Source: a virus
Taxonomy: Duplodnaviria; Caudoviricetes
Reading direction: 5' to 3' (one strand)
Virus record (IMG/VR): IMGVR_UViG_3300029822_000060
Span: 1-27,381 of that record
DNA length: 27,381 nt
The stretch's first letter is position 1, and every line of letters starts with the position of its first letter. Shown here piece by piece: positions 26,654 through 27,381 of this stretch. The translations under genes were made by a program, and so were the position numbers. A model generated the notes under the pieces. That model saw nothing but the letters and a program-made list of their open reading frames with translations. It made no database searches and had not been told where the DNA came from.

Positions 26654-26933
26654 ATTTCAATTCCTTTTCATTAATTTTGTAATACCTTGATAGATAATTT
26701 CTTATTTGTTCTTTTATCTCATCCCGAGCGGATGTTTGATCGTATTTATAATGGCAGTTTATACATAGCATTACGAGGTTTTGCGGGATACCAAGTCCCC
26801 CACTACCCCTTGAGATAAAGTGAGCACATTGTAGAGAACGAGGGTTTCCACACAGCACACACCATTGATCTCTTTCAAAGACTTCTTTCCGCACTTTTGC
26901 CGATATGCCTACCGCCTTTGTTCGTTTAGACAC
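26631..26933 (-). CDS. HNH endonuclease (NinG-like)
   Basis: CVLCG...AHFISRGSGGLG..NLVMLCINCH. Confidence 0.85.
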   Translation of the reverse strand: MSKRTKAVGISAKVRKEVFERDQWCVLCGNPRSLQCAHFISRGSGGLGIPQNLVMLCINCHYKYDQTSARDEIKEQIRNYLSRYYKINEKELKYASKRNR

Positions 26934-27381
26934 TTGCCCCTACCTTAATCGCATATTCGGTCGCGTGGTCTATTAGTTCGTTCATTTCCTTTGTATTAAA
27001 GGTAGACGATCCCAAATAAACCCAGACTTTCAGCAATTCGGCTTCCTTGCCCGTTTTCTCGTTTTTCACACTGACCGTTTGTCCGGTTGGGATCACCGCC
27101 CGGAATGTCCTTTCAAGTATTTTAACCGCTTCCGGTAGCACCGCCACTAATTCTCGTTTAATGTTCGATGCCACCAGAATATCGCCGTATATTTTCCACA
27201 AATTCTCATCGGCTCGATTTCCGTTTAGTTTTAACGATATGTTTTCGATGATCGCCCACAAAAGATTATTTTGTTCGATACTGCGTTCGCTTTTATGTTC
27301 CTTGATTTGTAGTTCGATGTTTTTCCCTTTCATATCAGCAACAACGATATTCGCTAATTTTGGGTTATCAACCACAAAACT
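26926..27381 (-). CDS. NinB/Orf-like recombination mediator; 5' end crosses the window junction
   Basis: RSIEQNNLLW and GSSTFNTKEMNELID motifs; frame is open to the window end. Confidence 0.7.
   Translation of the reverse strand, partial: SFVVDNPKLANIVVADMKGKNIELQIKEHKSERSIEQNNLLWAIIENISLKLNGNRADENLWKIYGDILVASNIKRELVAVLPEAVKILERTFRAVIPTGQTVSVKNEKTGKEAELLKVWVYLGSSTFNTKEMNELIDHATEYAIKVGASV

Larger units (their letters stand above)
1..27381 (-). mobile_element. Near-complete circular(ly permuted) tailed bacteriophage genome
   Basis: Terminase, portal, scaffold, capsid, neck, tail fibre, replication and recombination genes with no host genes; reading frames at both ends join across the junction. 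Confidence 0.95.

Noticed and set aside
1-27381. Alternative genetic code or inverted terminal repeats (AGTTT...AAACT)
   Set aside because: Genes are intact under code 11 with TGA stops; the 5-bp end symmetry is too short and is explained by coding sequence across a circular junction.

Overview
The window appears to be an essentially complete, circularly permuted ~27.4 kb tailed-phage (Caudoviricetes) genome of a low-GC Bacillota/Mollicutes-type host. Every credible gene is on the minus strand, under the standard genetic code (TGA is used as stop in ATGA overlaps; Trp is TGG). Transcription order: early/replication genes (Xis-like HTH, replisome organiser, DNA methyltransferase, ASCH-like protein); packaging and head genes (TerS, PBSX-type TerL, portal, minor capsid, scaffold, major capsid); neck genes; a compact tail module with no recognisable long tape measure; a cassette of four small genes, three encoding multi-pass membrane proteins; a BppU-type tail fibre with a duplicated ~180-aa module; a lipoprotein; and a recombination module (XRE HTH, ERF, PD-(D/E)xK exonuclease, NinB-like, HNH, SSB, RusA) that wraps across the window ends. 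I found no integrase and no endolysin. The strongest leads are a possible endolysin-free membrane-protein release or entry cassette (wall-less host?), a short-tailed virion built from siphovirus-type neck parts with a collagen-bearing adaptor, and a candidate plus-strand small RNA displaying an anti-Shine-Dalgarno loop. All product calls rest on motif recognition and synteny by eye; no searches were run.
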